Shown in pieces: positions 34,619 to 47,297 of a stretch of 64,000 bases of DNA. This DNA comes from Macrostomum lignano (Eukaryota): positions 378,464 to 442,463 of the forward strand of contig NIVC01000694.1 of NCBI GenBank assembly GCA_002269645.1, written 5' to 3'. The position numbers and the translations under genes are program-made. The notes below the pieces were generated by a model. The model saw only the letters and a list, made by a program, of their open reading frames with translations, made no database searches and had not been told where the DNA came from. Position 1 is the first letter of the stretch. The number at the start of each line of letters is the position of its first letter.

Positions 34619-35150
34619 GTGGCGGCTGCTGCTGTGGCATCCGCTGCGTCCGCGGTTTCCGCTGCATGGGCCTTGGCGGAAATTCGCGCAGACCGGGCCG
34701 AAAATCGCGCCGATCGAGCCGAGAATCGCGCCGCCTTGGCCGAGAATCGCACCGGCCTGGCCGCCATTTTAGATGAGCTGCGGGCGATGCGCGGCGAAAT
34801 GCGGGCAATGCGCGACGAAATGCGAGCGATGCGCGGCGAAATTCTGGACCGCATTGATATGGTACGTGCTTTGATATGGCCGAGAATCGCGTGACCTTGG
34901 GTACCATTCTAATGCGGTACGAAGACGACATGCGGGCGAGTCGAGATGATGCCTTAGTCGCATATCCTAAATGATAAGCAGGCCGACCAAGCCGAGAATC
35001 GCGCAGCCTTGGCCGCCATCCAAAATGAGATGCAGGCCGACCGGGCCGAGAATCGCGCAGCCTTGGCCACCATCCAAAATGAGATGCGGGCGATGCACCA
35101 TGAAATGCGGGCGATGCGCGGCGATATTCTAAACATGTATTATACGGCAT
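34619..35150 (+). pseudogene. Shorter, rearranged paralog of the AENRAAL coiled-coil ORF
   Basis: Same N-terminal VAAAAVASAASAVSAAWALAEI and same acceptor context; fewer repeats; stop at 34894; further repeat units at 34990-35130. Confidence 0.7.
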
Positions 35151-36859
35151 AATAATACATACGGCATGTATTAATATGCTACATGCTCAAAGGTTACGCA
35201 GGAGGCGCAGAGTCGCCCGCGCTGCATGATGCCGTGTCACGGCTGTGGAAGCAGCTCAGGAGAGAACTTGCTGAAGGCCAAGTGCAGGTGAGAATCGCAC
35301 AAGGTCAGCTGCTGCTAGTGCAAATGGCTTCATCTGTCTCTTGGCGTGTTCAAGAGCCCGAATGTGTAATATGTCATATTATAATGTGCATTATGTACTA
35401 CATGACCGCCCTATCCACCGCCGTTAGTTTTATTAATACAGTTTACTCGTATAATAATATTACAAAGCGAGTTCAAGCATCTAGAATTTTATTAATCAGG
35501 ATTTTTTTAAATTGCACTGCTAGCCGCAATTAATTTGGAGCTGCTATTCCATCATTATGCCTGCCTGCGGCATGCCGCGCCAGTAGGTGCAGCAACCACG
35601 GCAGCTACAGGCTTTTCAGAAGGCGCTGAGACCCCCATACAGCATGTAGTGCATCAGTGTTATTGAAATAGACTGGCTGTGCATCATTTACTATATTAAC
35701 GTGTTTGCGTGCGTGTGCATGTGCAGGTTTGCCCTCGGAGCTGCTGTGGAATCAATACGCCTACCAGGGGCTTGCTGAGGACCATTCTCGGCGATGGTTT
35801 TACATTCGCCGAGCAAGAAGGTTGGCCAAGTATTCGGTCGAATTCATCCATTCTTGGACGGAGACTTCTCGATCACCATGCAATCCACCACACCTACAGT
35901 GGAATTGTCGATCCTGCCAGCGTTGTCTGGATGGACGAGCTGGGTCCCCCCAAGGTGTTGACTCTCGCCAGGAAGACCCGAACATGGACCAGGTTCTATA
36001 ATTCCAAGTCCCGGTTGCGCCCCTTCACCAGAACAAATTATCAAAGCGCGCTTCCCAGGTTGCCTTTGTCTTTATCTTTGGAGCTCTCAGCTTTTTTGCT
36101 ACAAGAACCGGCATCGACCTGCAAGTGCGACGAAGTTGGCGATACAGTCGCCGAGACCTTTAACGGTTTAGTTGCGTGATCGTGTTTTGACGGATTTCGA
36201 CCCGTAAGTTTAGTTTATTCTGACCGCACAAAATCGAAGCTCAATAGAGACGTAGCGCTCGATGGAGCTGGACTCTTGCAGGCTGCCTCAGCAGGTTCCT
36301 ATTTCTTGCTGACGAGAGCTTTGGGACCGAGTCAGCGGCAGAGAAGTCCCGCTGCTCCCGCCGCAGCTAAATCTTGAACCAGTCCATTTGTGGACTGCCT
36401 GCTGTGTGACTCGGCATACGATCAGACTGGCTGTTGTGACTTTGAACTCTGCAAGCATGTGTCTGCAGCAATCTCTTTACTCCATTGTTCAGCGTGAGCC
36501 CTGTGGTTGATAGGTTAATGAACTCATGTCTTCCCAAAGTAGCTTGTAGGTAGGCTAGCCAGAAAATTTTAGGAGTCTCCGTTAGAGTGCAAAAGAATAA
36601 GAAATGCTAGGTCTCCATCCTTCGCTTCGTGCACCTAACCCCGCACGCTTGACTACTGTGAGTAGATAGTATCGCAAGTCTTTTTAGGGCTGTCGTAATG
36701 CTGGATGTGCCCGATAAAGCACTGCAGACTAAGCCAACTAATTGAATCATGTTACAATGTCAGAGTTTTTTTCAAAAATTATTAAAAATAATATATAGTA
36801 TGTCTATTATTATTTAAGTTAATGATCACTATTTGATGAAAGTTATGATGAGGCATAAT

Positions 36860-37215
36860 GGTAGCAAAGTGCAAAGCAAAAAAGTCCGCTGCAGTTTTCC
36901 TAGATGCAGAGGCAGCCTTTGATACCGCCTGACATGACAAGCTCACTGAGGACAAGCTTACTGACAAGCTTACTGACATGTAGCTCAGACACTGCATGCT
37001 CACTGATGGCTTTCTATCAATGCTCATGCTCACCCGAATTCTGTCAGAGTCAGACTATCTGAGAGATAGACAGATTCAGGCTCGGGTCCAGGTTCGGCAT
37101 CCTGAGCCCTCTCCTGCACCTCTTCTACGCCAGCTCAATGCCGACTCCCGACAATCCGAGCGTCAAGCGCAGTTAATTCGCAGACGACACGGCCGTCTGG
37201 GCCTCAGCTGACACC
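36860..37215 (+). pseudogene. Degenerate non-LTR RT, duplicate of 6630-7010
   Basis: Same AAVFLDAEAAFD and ADDTAVW remnants. Confidence 0.7.
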
Positions 37216-39051
37216 TTTGTAGGGCTCCGAACATTCCTTTCAGAGCTATCTCAGACGTTTCAGACCATCAGACTGAATGCTGGGAAGAGCAAAGCAATCG
37301 CTTTCAACTACAAACCCACCAGGCGCATGGACTTGCGACCCAAACAATATCTGGGAGACGGACGGAGGTTCCGTACAGCCAGGAGATAAAATTTGCCCAA
37401 GCCTCTGTCTGAGCAAACAACGCAAGACACCATACCATGACAGATACCAGCAGAGCCATTGTAATGCCGCTATGCAGAATTGTTAAAATGACAAAGCTGA
37501 GTAATGCTCACTACCCTCAGAATGGTGTACACAGCCTACGGAGAAAACATCAGATCAAACTGCAAGGGGGATTCCCAATCCAAGGTAGGCTGACGGGCAG
37601 TCTCCCTGAAAACTGAGCATGCTGCCTGAGCCAGAGATCGGTTGATCAGCAAAAGGGACCGGATTCCATGACCTGTGATCTCCCTGCGCACTTTTAAACT
37701 CTTTGTAAGAGTCTTACAAATATTGCTTAAAACTTTTTACACCCCTTCTATACTACTTATACAGTTGTATTCAAATATGCGGTATTGCATTTCATTTCAT
37801 ATTTTACTTATTAGCGTATTTTTTACTCTTCATTACCTTTTTATAAGAATCCCTTCTTTGTGCAGATTTCCCTGTTCCCTTCTATCCCTTCCATATTTTT
37901 ATTCCCAAATGTGTGCGAAATTACTGCTGCTAAGTACTGAAGAATACTTTTACTTAATTTAATTTCATGTTTTTCGATTAAATAAAAAATTAAATAAGCA
38001 GCAGAGCTCCTCAGAACTGATCCACGCCGGTTTTTATGGCACTTCGTTTTAACAAAGTTTTTATCAGGCAATTTAGGGTGTCTTTTCTGGAGATTTCTGC
38101 TCATCAGCCAGTGGCCAAACTAAAGTCCGGACACGCCAGCCGCAATTTTTAGAAATTATGTTTGAAAATGAACAATGAAATTTTGGGAATTTGGCTTATC
38201 ACGTGTAAATGTTCTTGGTCTAAACGAGCGCCATTTAAATGAAATGAATGTTCGCAACAGAACTCACCATTTTCCTGCAGGAACAGCCAGCCAGGTAATT
38301 GGATTCCCGAGCACTCCAGGTTTGGTGATTTTGTCCGACTTGTCGAATCGATCTTGCACGCTGACTCAGCATTTTAGAATTTACATTGTAGTTTGTGGTG
38401 CCACATTGAATAATCCGTTCCAGAACACATAGTATGCAAAACGGCGTTTCCGATACTAGACTAGAAATCACAGTCAGAGCCGGGGCCCTCCCAACCGCCC
38501 TCCTTATGGTAAGCAGTTGATTATCTCAAAGATACAGAATAGGGGGCAGGCGGCAATGTACTCATCATACTAGCGTACATTCCAGAGATAAGCACGAGGT
38601 CGCTTCACAGCGGCTACCGCAGAGGGGGTGTGGAAATGAGAGAAAAATCGATATTTCATTTTATTTAAGATAAGCAGGTCGCACACCGCGCACACAGCTA
38701 GAGAGACACCGAAAGTTAACACTTGAACAGCTTTTATGAATCTGACCAATCACGAGAGGCGGCAGTTGTAAAAGCTAAGGGATTCATTTAAAAAATATAT
38801 TATGGGCTATACACGAGGGTTAACTACTAAACGTTATATTTGATAATTTGAGTTTACATATGTACTTCGACTTACTAGTAAAAGTAAAATGTAATGAATA
38901 ATTCATGTGCAACCGGAGCCAGTAGAAAGTATAATGAATCAGCAGTCTTATAGTAGTGCGTAAACTTAATATTTTTAATGATTATTTTTATATGAAACAG
39001 CAGGTGCAGCCCAAGTGCTCTTCTTCCGAGATGTCGTCTCCTCTCTTCAGC

Positions 39052-39842
39052 TCATCTGAAGCTATACAGCACTGACTGCAGCGCTTGAATGTCTTCCTCC
39101 AGCCGTACGATTATGCATGTGGCCTTGTCGAGAATGTACTTTAGTTCATGTCCCATAACAGACAACTTCTGCAGCGAACTCGCATGTCCGCGACTTGCTG
39201 TCGTGTTGCATTTGCGTCCCTGATTGCTGTCGCCATGGATAAACTGCCGGCAGAGCTTGCGACAGCGGCGGCGGCAATTAGGGCAGCTCCTCCAGTTAGT
39301 AAACTAAGGGTTGCGATCCCGACACCGGTAGTAGCCAGGCCGACAGCTCCAGCCGCTCCCTGTGTCCTTGTTCTGCGCTCTTGCCGCTCCAGCTCCTCCG
39401 CCTTTTGTGTGAGCCTCTCGTCGAGCACTTCTACGATCCGACGAGAATTATTCAGTCTATCAGTGAAACTACTGAGCCGCTTGCAGCACTCCCTGAGGCT
39501 TCCTACTGTATGCTGGATTATTTGACGGAATTCTTCTGTGGCTTCATGGGTATGCACTTGAGCAGCAAAATACTTCCTAGCAGAATTAATCAAGCTTTCT
39601 ACTTCTAAATGACGATGCCACAGATTCAGATCGCATGCAATGTCGCGCATCTTCTGCAGTCCCTGTCTCAGTTCCTGCTTCATCTCCTCGGAGAGCACCT
39701 CATCATTCAGCTGTATTTCCTGTACCTGTGTGACCAGCCGAATAACCATCTCAGTAAGCCAGCAAAGCTCTTTTTTCAGGTGTTGTAGAGACTTGAACAT
39801 GCTGAAAATGTCCGGCAGGTGAGGAGGAGAAGGCCTATCCAT
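39052..39842 (-). pseudogene. Coiled-coil/hydrophobic-hairpin family member with a single 1-bp frameshift near 39160 (possibly intact in vivo)
   Basis: ORF MDRPSP...LTQKAEELERQERRTRTQGAAGAVGLATTGVGIATLSLLTGGAALIAAAAVASSAGSLSMATA; agaaag (copy A) versus agaag here shifts the frame; the original C-terminus RLEEDIQALQSVLYSFR* continues downstream. Confidence 0.8.
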
Positions 39843-40300
39843 GGTTTGAATCTCGTTGCGCAAATGCGCTTTGTTAATTTGTGATGGCTCGAATAAACTG
39901 AATATCCAAAGTTGTAACTCGAGTGTATAGTTGAGAAAGAAATATTCGTCCAGCAAATTGTCTGTGCAGCCGATAGACGAGCGTTTTTGAAGTGAGAAAG
40001 CATTGGCGGCACAGTTTAGCAACAGCTTGGCCTGAGTGTGCTCACATAAACTGAACTTCCACTTTGCTTCAGCTGTACAAATTCATTGCAGGGTTGCGAG
40101 TTACAGCAGGCTACTCCACTGTACGCAGTGTGTTCTGAACTTCTCCCTGTCTGTGTTCGTTTCACGTTCATTTTGTTTATTTGTTCGAGTTTCACACCGG
40201 CGGCAAACTGCACGGAGTGAGGTGCAGTTACTGTCAACGATGTCTCACTAGTTTCTATTGTATGGGAAAGATGCAGACCAGGGTATCGTATACAAGATTG

Positions 40301-43300
40301 TGTTGTGTCTTTTGTTTGTTTAATGATAAATCAAATGAACAAGTCTTGAACTTAAATTAACTAGCCGATCTTCGGCTCTTGCTTTTTATTTATTTATTTT
40401 TCTGCAAGCCTAACTTGCTCTCATTACGCGTAGAAGCGTACGGTGTGCTGGAACCATTTTGTCTATGGTTCGACTTGGCTTGGCTTATAGCCACAGCATC
40501 TCCCCCTTTTATAAAAATAACTTGAAAAGTTTAAGTCCCAAACTTGAGTGATCAAGGAAGTCTCAAAATAGTCACTCCTTGTAATTCACTCTTGGCTTTT
40601 GTTCCAGCCGCGTACTGCGCCGTGGCAATTCTGGTATAGCTGGCTTAGACGGATGGTCCACTCGGACTGACTCAGTCTCAGAATCAATTTGCAGTTCCGA
40701 AATATCATCGTCATCGTGCACATGCTTTCCACCAGGGTTGCCATCGTTTTCACGCATCATTGGGTTTCCCATGCTGACATCCTTGTTCGAATCCAATTGA
40801 TCGTCTCCCTGAGACTTCGGATCTGAGCTTGTTCGTTGAAGTTGATCTCTGTGCACTTTCTGGAATCTTCCGTCTTCTAGCTTGACAATCGCGGTATTCC
40901 TTCCCAATGGATTGATCAGCCTGGCCTCGTGTGTTGACTTCTCTGTCTTGTACACTACTGTCTCACCAGGACTCCATGCAGCTACTGAAATCAACGGTAC
41001 ACGCAGTTTCCTTCCCATCAGTAACTCTGCTGGTGATGTGCCACCTTTGCCCGCTGATGCACGGTAGAATAGAAGGTACCTGTCGATTGCGGCTTGGGAA
41101 AATCCATTTGCAGTGACAGCTTCTTTTATTGTACGAACAAATCGCTCAGCCAGACCGTTGCTAGCTGGGTGGTATGCTGGGGTCGTTACATGATCGCACC
41201 CGATTTGAGTCAACCAACCACGTGTCTCTTGGCTAACAAAGCTTGATCCATTGTCGGACACCAGGACTCTCGGTACCCCTAGCTGGGAGAATGTTCTTCT
41301 CAACCTCGAGATCACCGTAGCAGATGTCATGTCCCGTGTCACGTGCACCTCTGGATAGTTCGAATGAGAATCAACCATGACGAGCAAATATTGTCCTTCT
41401 ATCGGACCCGCAAAGTCGATGTGAATTCTATCCCAGGGGCCTTGTGGTGCTTGCCATGAAGTTCGGAAATTCCGATTTAGAGGCTTCGCTTTCTTGCATG
41501 TCAGACAACAACCAACTACACGCTCCACAGCCTTATCGACACCTGGCCACCAGAAGTACTCGCGCAATAGAGACTTAGTGCGTGCCATGCCTAGGTGTAC
41601 ACCGTGAGCTGCGTTCACTGCTTTATCTCGAAGTGCAACTGGTAACACTATCTTGGACCCACGAAGCACCAAGTCTCCCTCAGTTGTTAGTTCTCCAGCC
41701 AGTGGTTTGTAGCTACGCATCTCACTGTTCGAGAACTGTCCAGTTTGAATTGCCTCTCTGAGATTTCGCAGTTCGTGGCACTTCCTGGACCAAAACCGAA
41801 TATCGGTCAGCTTGAGCAGATGACTTTCTGAAAGATGAATTGCACCAATCGCGTGAGTTGGAGCCTCCGTCGAAGCGTTTACAAGCCTAGATAGTGCATC
41901 AGATCGCATCTCCGCCGACTTCCGATATGTTATGCTGTAGTTGTAGCCGGACAATAAAATAGCCCATCTTTGCAGGCGCGCCGAAACCCTTTCTGGTAGC
42001 TGACTGGAGGGTCCGAACACGAAGGTCAGAGGGCGGTGGTCAGTTACTAGTGAGAATTCTCTGCCACAAAGGAACCGGTGACACCGCCGAATGCCCCAGA
42101 CAATCGTTAATGCTTCGCGTTCGATCTGCGAATATCTCTTCTCCGCCGGTGACAACAACTTGCTAATGAAGATTGTGGGCCTGCCTTCCTGAGAGAGCAC
42201 ACCACCAATGGCCACCTGCGAAGCGTCACATTCGATCTCCACTGGTTTCTTCGGATCGTACGAATGCAGCATAGACTCAGCTGACAGTGCCATCTTGACC
42301 TTATTGAAGGCTTGTTCGTGCTTGTCTGCCCAAGTGAACTCGGCTCCTCTGCGTCTAAGCTGTGACAGGGGCTCAATGAGTTCTGCGAGGTTGCGAATAA
42401 ATTTACCGAAGAAATTAACGAGGCCAAGAAACGATTCCAATTCCGGTAGATTTTTCGGGGCTGACATCTCCCTTAACGCGCGCACCTTCTCTTCATCTGG
42501 CTTCACTGTCCCTGACTCGAGAATGTGACCCAGAAAGCGGACCCGAGTCTGCATTATCTGACATTTTTCCTCGTTTACTGTCAAGTTGTGCTTGGCCAAC
42601 CGTGCTCTAACTTCAGCTTCTCTGTCTCTGAGGTCTTCTTTGGTCTCACCGCCAATGAGAATATCATCGACATATGCTACTGCTCCAGAAATTCCTTGAA
42701 TAACTTCCACGATATAACGTTGGAAAATACTGGGGGCAGTCTTTAATCCGAAGACAAGGCGGTTGTATCTGAAGTTCCCGAATGGTGTAGACATCACGGT
42801 GATATCCTTGGAAGAGTCGTCTAGGTGCACCTGGTTATATGCCTTCTCAAGATCCAAAATCGTGTAGTATTTGCAATTTGTCACTGCTGCGAATGCTTCT
42901 TCAACTGTCGGCAACGGGTAGCTATCCTGCTGTAGCTGTGGATTGACTGTCGTCTTATAGTCGACACAGATCCTGAGACCGCCATTGGGTTTTTGCACAG
43001 TCACAATGGGTGACGCCCACTGCGAAAAGCTAACTTGCTCGATAACTCCGTCAGTCACAAGCTTGTCGATCTCGCATTTCAGACGCTCGCGCAATGCAAA
43101 TGGCACAGGCCTCGCTTTGATGTACTTGGGCACTGCGCCATCGACTAATCGTAAGCTTGCCTTGAATGGAGCTGAATCCTTCATCTCTGTATGTCCAATT
43201 GAGACGCATTCCGGATTGAATTTGATGACATCTCGTCCGAGCAATGCAAAGTTGCGGTTTGAGCGTACTACTTGAAACGTAATCTTGATGTTTCTTCCTT

Positions 43301-44686
43301 TCCATTCCGTGACGACAGGCAATGAGCCCAATTGGTCGAATTTGTGTCCGTCGGTGTAGCCCACCAAAGTCGAGGTGCTACCTCGCAACTTCGGCTTTCC
43401 AAATTTATACCACAGCTTGCTGGACAGAACTGAAACCGAAGCTCCTGTGTCAATCTGACAGATTATGGATTGCATTTTGCCTTCTACTTGACATGCCAGC
43501 TTCACTGTAGAGCACGACGCTTCTCTGCCAGTGTCAGTGTGCAAAATGTCTCTTTGTGCAGAATCCTCAGCCACAAAGTTCTGTTGACTGGATACGCTTG
43601 ACCGACATGCCTTTTGAAAGTGGTTTGGCTTACCGCATCTCTTGCAGGTTTTTCCCATAGCCGGACATGCTGCCTTTGGATGCTGGTTGCCACCACAACG
43701 AGGGCACTTCTTGTCTCCTCTGGGGGCCATCGGCTTTGACAGTGTTGGTTTTGAGCGGCCAATTTTCATGACCGTACCTTCTGCTTTTGATGCCGTCGCT
43801 GACTGCATTATATGCGTGTCCTTCAGTGACGCATACGCCTCGGCTTCCGCCACAGCAGCCTTGAAGGTTAGCTCCTCAAAATCTCGGATTAGCAGCTTTG
43901 CTATGATGACCTTGTCATTCAGTCCGCAGATGAATTGGTCCCGGAGCCGTTCCTCCTTGTTGCTAAATGCACATTTATCCGACGCTTTGAGCAGCCTCTC
44001 AGCGAATGCTCGAATGCCCTCTTTTGCGTCCTTCTTGGCATTTTGAAAGGCGTACCGTTCAGACAGGACATATGTTTTAGGCACCAGGATCTCCTTCAGC
44101 GCCTTTTTGAGCTCTTCGAAAGACATTGTGCTCGGTAATGTAGGAGCCAGATGATCCGCCAGCGTGTCGTACAGACCAGAAGACAGACGCATGAGCAAAA
44201 TCTGCGCCTTTTCTTCCTCTCCCCATTTGCAGAGATTGGCCGTAACTGTGAAGCGTTCCATCCATCGTGGAAACGACTTTCCTTCCTCGAGCTTCTCAAT
44301 GTCGATCATGTTGAGCATGTTGTTTCCGATCATTGGCTGGTGGAATTGTGCAGTTTGGCCGATTCCTTCTAGACTCGCAGGATGTGGCACTTTGCCATCC
44401 TTAGTAACCGTCTTTGCTGCAGACTTCACTGGCAATGCCATTTTCTCAGCTGCCGGTGTTGGTGGTGCCATCCTGCTTGCGATGCCACTGTTGTGTCTTT
44501 TGTTTGTTTAATGATAAATCAAATGAACAAGTCTTGAACTTAAATTAACTAGCCGATCTTCGGCTCTTGCTTTTTATTTATTTATTTTTCTGCAAGCCTA
44601 ACTTGCTCTCATTACGCGTAGAAGCGTACGGTGTGCTGGAACCATTTTGTCTATGGTTCGACTTGGCTTGGCTTATAGCCACAGCA
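40301..44686 (-). mobile_element. Intact Ty3/Gypsy LTR retrotransposon, Mag-like
   Basis: 198-bp TG..CA LTRs at 40301-40498 and 44489-44686 (no difference seen); 5-bp TSD gattg (40296-40300, 44687-44691); PPT aaaagggggaga; PBS tggcatcgcaagcaggat; single gag-pol ORF. Confidence 0.97.
40572..44471 (-). CDS. Gag-Pol polyprotein (two CCHC knuckles, protease, RT, RNase H, integrase), 1299 aa
   Basis: CPRCGGNQHPKAAC and CKRCGKPNHFQKAC; IDTGASVS; LRICVDY, YVDDILI; ECDASQ; integrase H..H..C..C, HIDFAGP, VSDNG, SNGLAERFV. Confidence 0.97.
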   Translation of the reverse strand: MAPPTPAAEKMALPVKSAAKTVTKDGKVPHPASLEGIGQTAQFHQPMIGNNMLNMIDIEKLEEGKSFPRWMERFTVTANLCKWGEEEKAQILLMRLSSGLYDTLADHLAPTLPSTMSFEELKKALKEILVPKTYVLSERYAFQNAKKDAKEGIRAFAERLLKASDKCAFSNKEERLRDQFICGLNDKVIIAKLLIRDFEELTFKAAVAEAEAYASLKDTHIMQSATASKAEGTVMKIGRSKPTLSKPMAPRGDKKCPRCGGNQHPKAACPAMGKTCKRCGKPNHFQKACRSSVSSQQNFVAEDSAQRDILHTDTGREASCSTVKLACQVEGKMQSIICQIDTGASVSVLSSKLWYKFGKPKLRGSTSTLVGYTDGHKFDQLGSLPVVTEWKGRNIKITFQVVRSNRNFALLGRDVIKFNPECVSIGHTEMKDSAPFKASLRLVDGAVPKYIKARPVPFALRERLKCEIDKLVTDGVIEQVSFSQWASPIVTVQKPNGGLRICVDYKTTVNPQLQQDSYPLPTVEEAFAAVTNCKYYTILDLEKAYNQVHLDDSSKDITVMSTPFGNFRYNRLVFGLKTAPSIFQRYIVEVIQGISGAVAYVDDILIGGETKEDLRDREAEVRARLAKHNLTVNEEKCQIMQTRVRFLGHILESGTVKPDEEKVRALREMSAPKNLPELESFLGLVNFFGKFIRNLAELIEPLSQLRRRGAEFTWADKHEQAFNKVKMALSAESMLHSYDPKKPVEIECDASQVAIGGVLSQEGRPTIFISKLLSPAEKRYSQIEREALTIVWGIRRCHRFLCGREFSLVTDHRPLTFVFGPSSQLPERVSARLQRWAILLSGYNYSITYRKSAEMRSDALSRLVNASTEAPTHAIGAIHLSESHLLKLTDIRFWSRKCHELRNLREAIQTGQFSNSEMRSYKPLAGELTTEGDLVLRGSKIVLPVALRDKAVNAAHGVHLGMARTKSLLREYFWWPGVDKAVERVVGCCLTCKKAKPLNRNFRTSWQAPQGPWDRIHIDFAGPIEGQYLLVMVDSHSNYPEVHVTRDMTSATVISRLRRTFSQLGVPRVLVSDNGSSFVSQETRGWLTQIGCDHVTTPAYHPASNGLAERFVRTIKEAVTANGFSQAAIDRYLLFYRASAGKGGTSPAELLMGRKLRVPLISVAAWSPGETVVYKTEKSTHEARLINPLGRNTAIVKLEDGRFQKVHRDQLQRTSSDPKSQGDDQLDSNKDVSMGNPMMRENDGNPGGKHVHDDDDISELQIDSETESVRVDHPSKPAIPELPRRSTRLEQKPRVNYKE

Positions 44687-45074
44687 GATTGGAAACTCAG
44701 AGTCAGAGTAGTCGTAAAAGGCTCGGTTAGCATTAAGCTCGTATCTTACTGGAACTTTCAAGGTTTGAGTGATCAACTGAGAAACAGATAAGGGATGGGC
44801 AAAGAAAGGATTGACAAAGAATGAAAAGGGAACATGAAGTGGAGAAAAGAAAGTGAGAGTAGATTGTGAGCCGCATCGTCCTGCGGTATTTCAGCTTTGC
44901 CTTATGGTCGAGGACAAACTAAACAAGTTGTCCACAGCGAATATTCGCATGGGGGAAAGATGACAATTTTTAATTAGTTGAATTGTAATTTGTATAGACT
45001 AGCGTCGAAAATATAAAAAAAACGATTTTTAAGCTACTCGCGCGCAGTGCATCGGCGCTGTAGAAACTTTACTG

Positions 45075-47297
45075 TGATGTAACCACGCTCTGGTCGCGGG
45101 ATAGGGCATGGGAACTTTTTCGAAAGTGCCTCCTATCCCGTGCACCCCCTGCACAGAGCTGTCGAGACTCGGCCAGGTCTCCGACCAGGCCTGGAGACTC
45201 CCGCTCTGCTGCACCCCTCCTACTGCCTTGGTTCCGTCTCCCCTGCCGCCACACCTGCCTTTCCGGAGCTCCCTGTCCCTCTCTGTACCCTCCCCTCTAC
45301 CTTATCTCCCCTGCACTCCACCCTATTCTTCTTGTACTTTCCCTATCTCCCCTCTTTTTGTCTCCCTCTGCACTCTTTTCCTGCGCTGTCCCCTCTTTCC
45401 CTGTGTCTACTTCCAGTATTTTGTGTGCTCACCGTCTCCCCATCCCCTCCCAAACTCCCAAACGGTGACGCAAGTCGTGTGACCCCTTCTTCCCCCGATG
45501 ACTCATCGATGACTCATCCCCCTCTCTTGCGCAACCTTTTCTCATGCCATTGTTCTCCTCCCCAAATTTCTCATGCGACACCCACCCCACCTCCGCTTCT
45601 ATTGTTCTCGTTTTTGCTTCTTTTGTTCTCTCGACCCCCACCAATTATCACATTTTCTCCGATTTTCTCTTTCTTTTGTTCTCGTTTTCGCACCTAATTA
45701 TCACCTTTTCCCCAATGTTTACTTTTCCATTGTTCTCAGTTCTCCCCAATTATCCCCGTTTTCCTATTCCTTTGTTCTCGACCCCAGCCCTATTGTTCTC
45801 AATGTTTGCTTGCGCAACACTTTCGCGACCACCCGCTGCGCCAATTATCCTCCCACCCCACCTCCGGATTGCGCAATTTCCCTATTTCTCATGTTGCTAT
45901 GCCGGTCTCATGCTTCTCATTATGACTCATTCTGACGTCATTCTGCCGGCAGCCAATCAGAGAGAGGGAGCCATGGTAACGACCTTGGGGAGGAGGCTGT
46001 GAAGTCTATAAAAGGAAGCGATTTCGGCATGAGAATCCTCAACTTCTGGTTTCGTGCCGGGACTTGTTCGGCTCCTCGTCCTCTTTGGACTTGCAGTCAG
46101 ACATTGGTCTGACTTTCCCGTCTACAAGACGAACCTCTGCCGGTCCGCGGTCTGTTACCGCCAAGTCATCTTCAGCTCCCCAAGTGAGCTCGCCTATCGG
46201 CCAGCGGTCTGAAACCGCCCAGCACCATCAGCATCGCCTGATCTACATCAGCGCCTCGTCGCTTCAGCGCATCGCCGCTTCACTGTCTGCCTGACTGCAG
46301 CTACAGCCGCCCTCGGTCACTCCGCCTCTCTCTCTCTGTGCAGCTGCCGGTAAGTTCCTGTTACTAATTTGTGCTCTAATTGCCTTTGCTTATCCGGGGT
46401 TTGCCTATTTTCCATTGTCTGATTAGAGAGCTGAGCCAATTGTGATACCGTAACTTTTTGCTGTATTTTACTCAATAGTGAAGCCGCCTAATTGCCTGAT
46501 TATTTGCCTAAGGGCCTAATTATTAACTATTAACTAACCTCATCATTATTCACTCTTTCACCATCATTTCACTCATGGCTTGCTAAGCCTTTCTCCCGGG
46601 GTGGCAAAGCATAAGGAAGTTTGGGTAAGCTAATGGCCTCTCCCCGTGCAAAGCCCGCCTGTGAGTGCGTGCTGCGGGGCCGCGTGTGCGTGCAGTAGAG
46701 GGATTAGCGAGTCTTGGCACAGAATGGCCGTAGGAAGGTTGCAACCCCATGCTGACGCGTCCCTTCGCCCTGAGCAATCTAAACTAGAGACAGTACATGT
46801 TCGTCTCATACTACTCTTAGTAATCAAAGTCGCAAGTCAGCCTCGCTCACAGCCACAAAGGATCCCCTGCTGAGAAATCCTCCAGATTGAGCCCAGAGTT
46901 CCCGATCATGCCCCAAGCAGAGTCCCTGTACTCGGCTGCATGCGTCTCCCCTGTTAGCCTAAATCTCCTGGTAACCATCCCAGGCGGGGCTCTAGCCTCG
47001 AGAAGTCTGGTAGAAAGATCCAGGTGCGCCAGGTCACATAGAGTGGTGGCAGCCACTCGGTCATACTATGACCGAGTGACCAACTATTGCACCTTGGCTA
47101 CAGGTGGGGTCCGTGTGGGTCCTTGGCCCTCTGGTCACGAAGCGCTACTAAAGCTATCAATCATGTGGGCGGGACAGTCTGGTGCTGGAGGTCCGTCAGG
47201 TCATTGCCCGGTCATAGGCAGCCTACGGTCATTGCCCCCTCTAGCCAAGCGTTCGTCTCTCAATAGGAGCGGACCGGCGACAAGGGCGGTTACATCA
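45075..47297 (+). mobile_element. 2.2-kb solo LTR (probably Gypsy-type)
   Basis: Termini tgatgtaacc...ggttacatca (10-bp inverted, TG..CA); 4-bp TSD actg at 45071-45074 and 47298-47301; no long ORF; internal Pol II promoter motifs. Confidence 0.8.
45920..46015 (+). promoter_or_regulatory. Pol II promoter cluster in the solo LTR
   Basis: tgactca (AP-1-like), tgacgtca (CRE), agccaatcag (CCAAT) and ctataaaag (TATA) in canonical order within ~90 bp. Confidence 0.6.

Noticed and set aside
44471-44488. tRNA gene
   Set aside because: This is only the 18-nt primer-binding site of the LTR element; no cloverleaf or A/B boxes. No tRNA or rRNA genes were recognised in the window.
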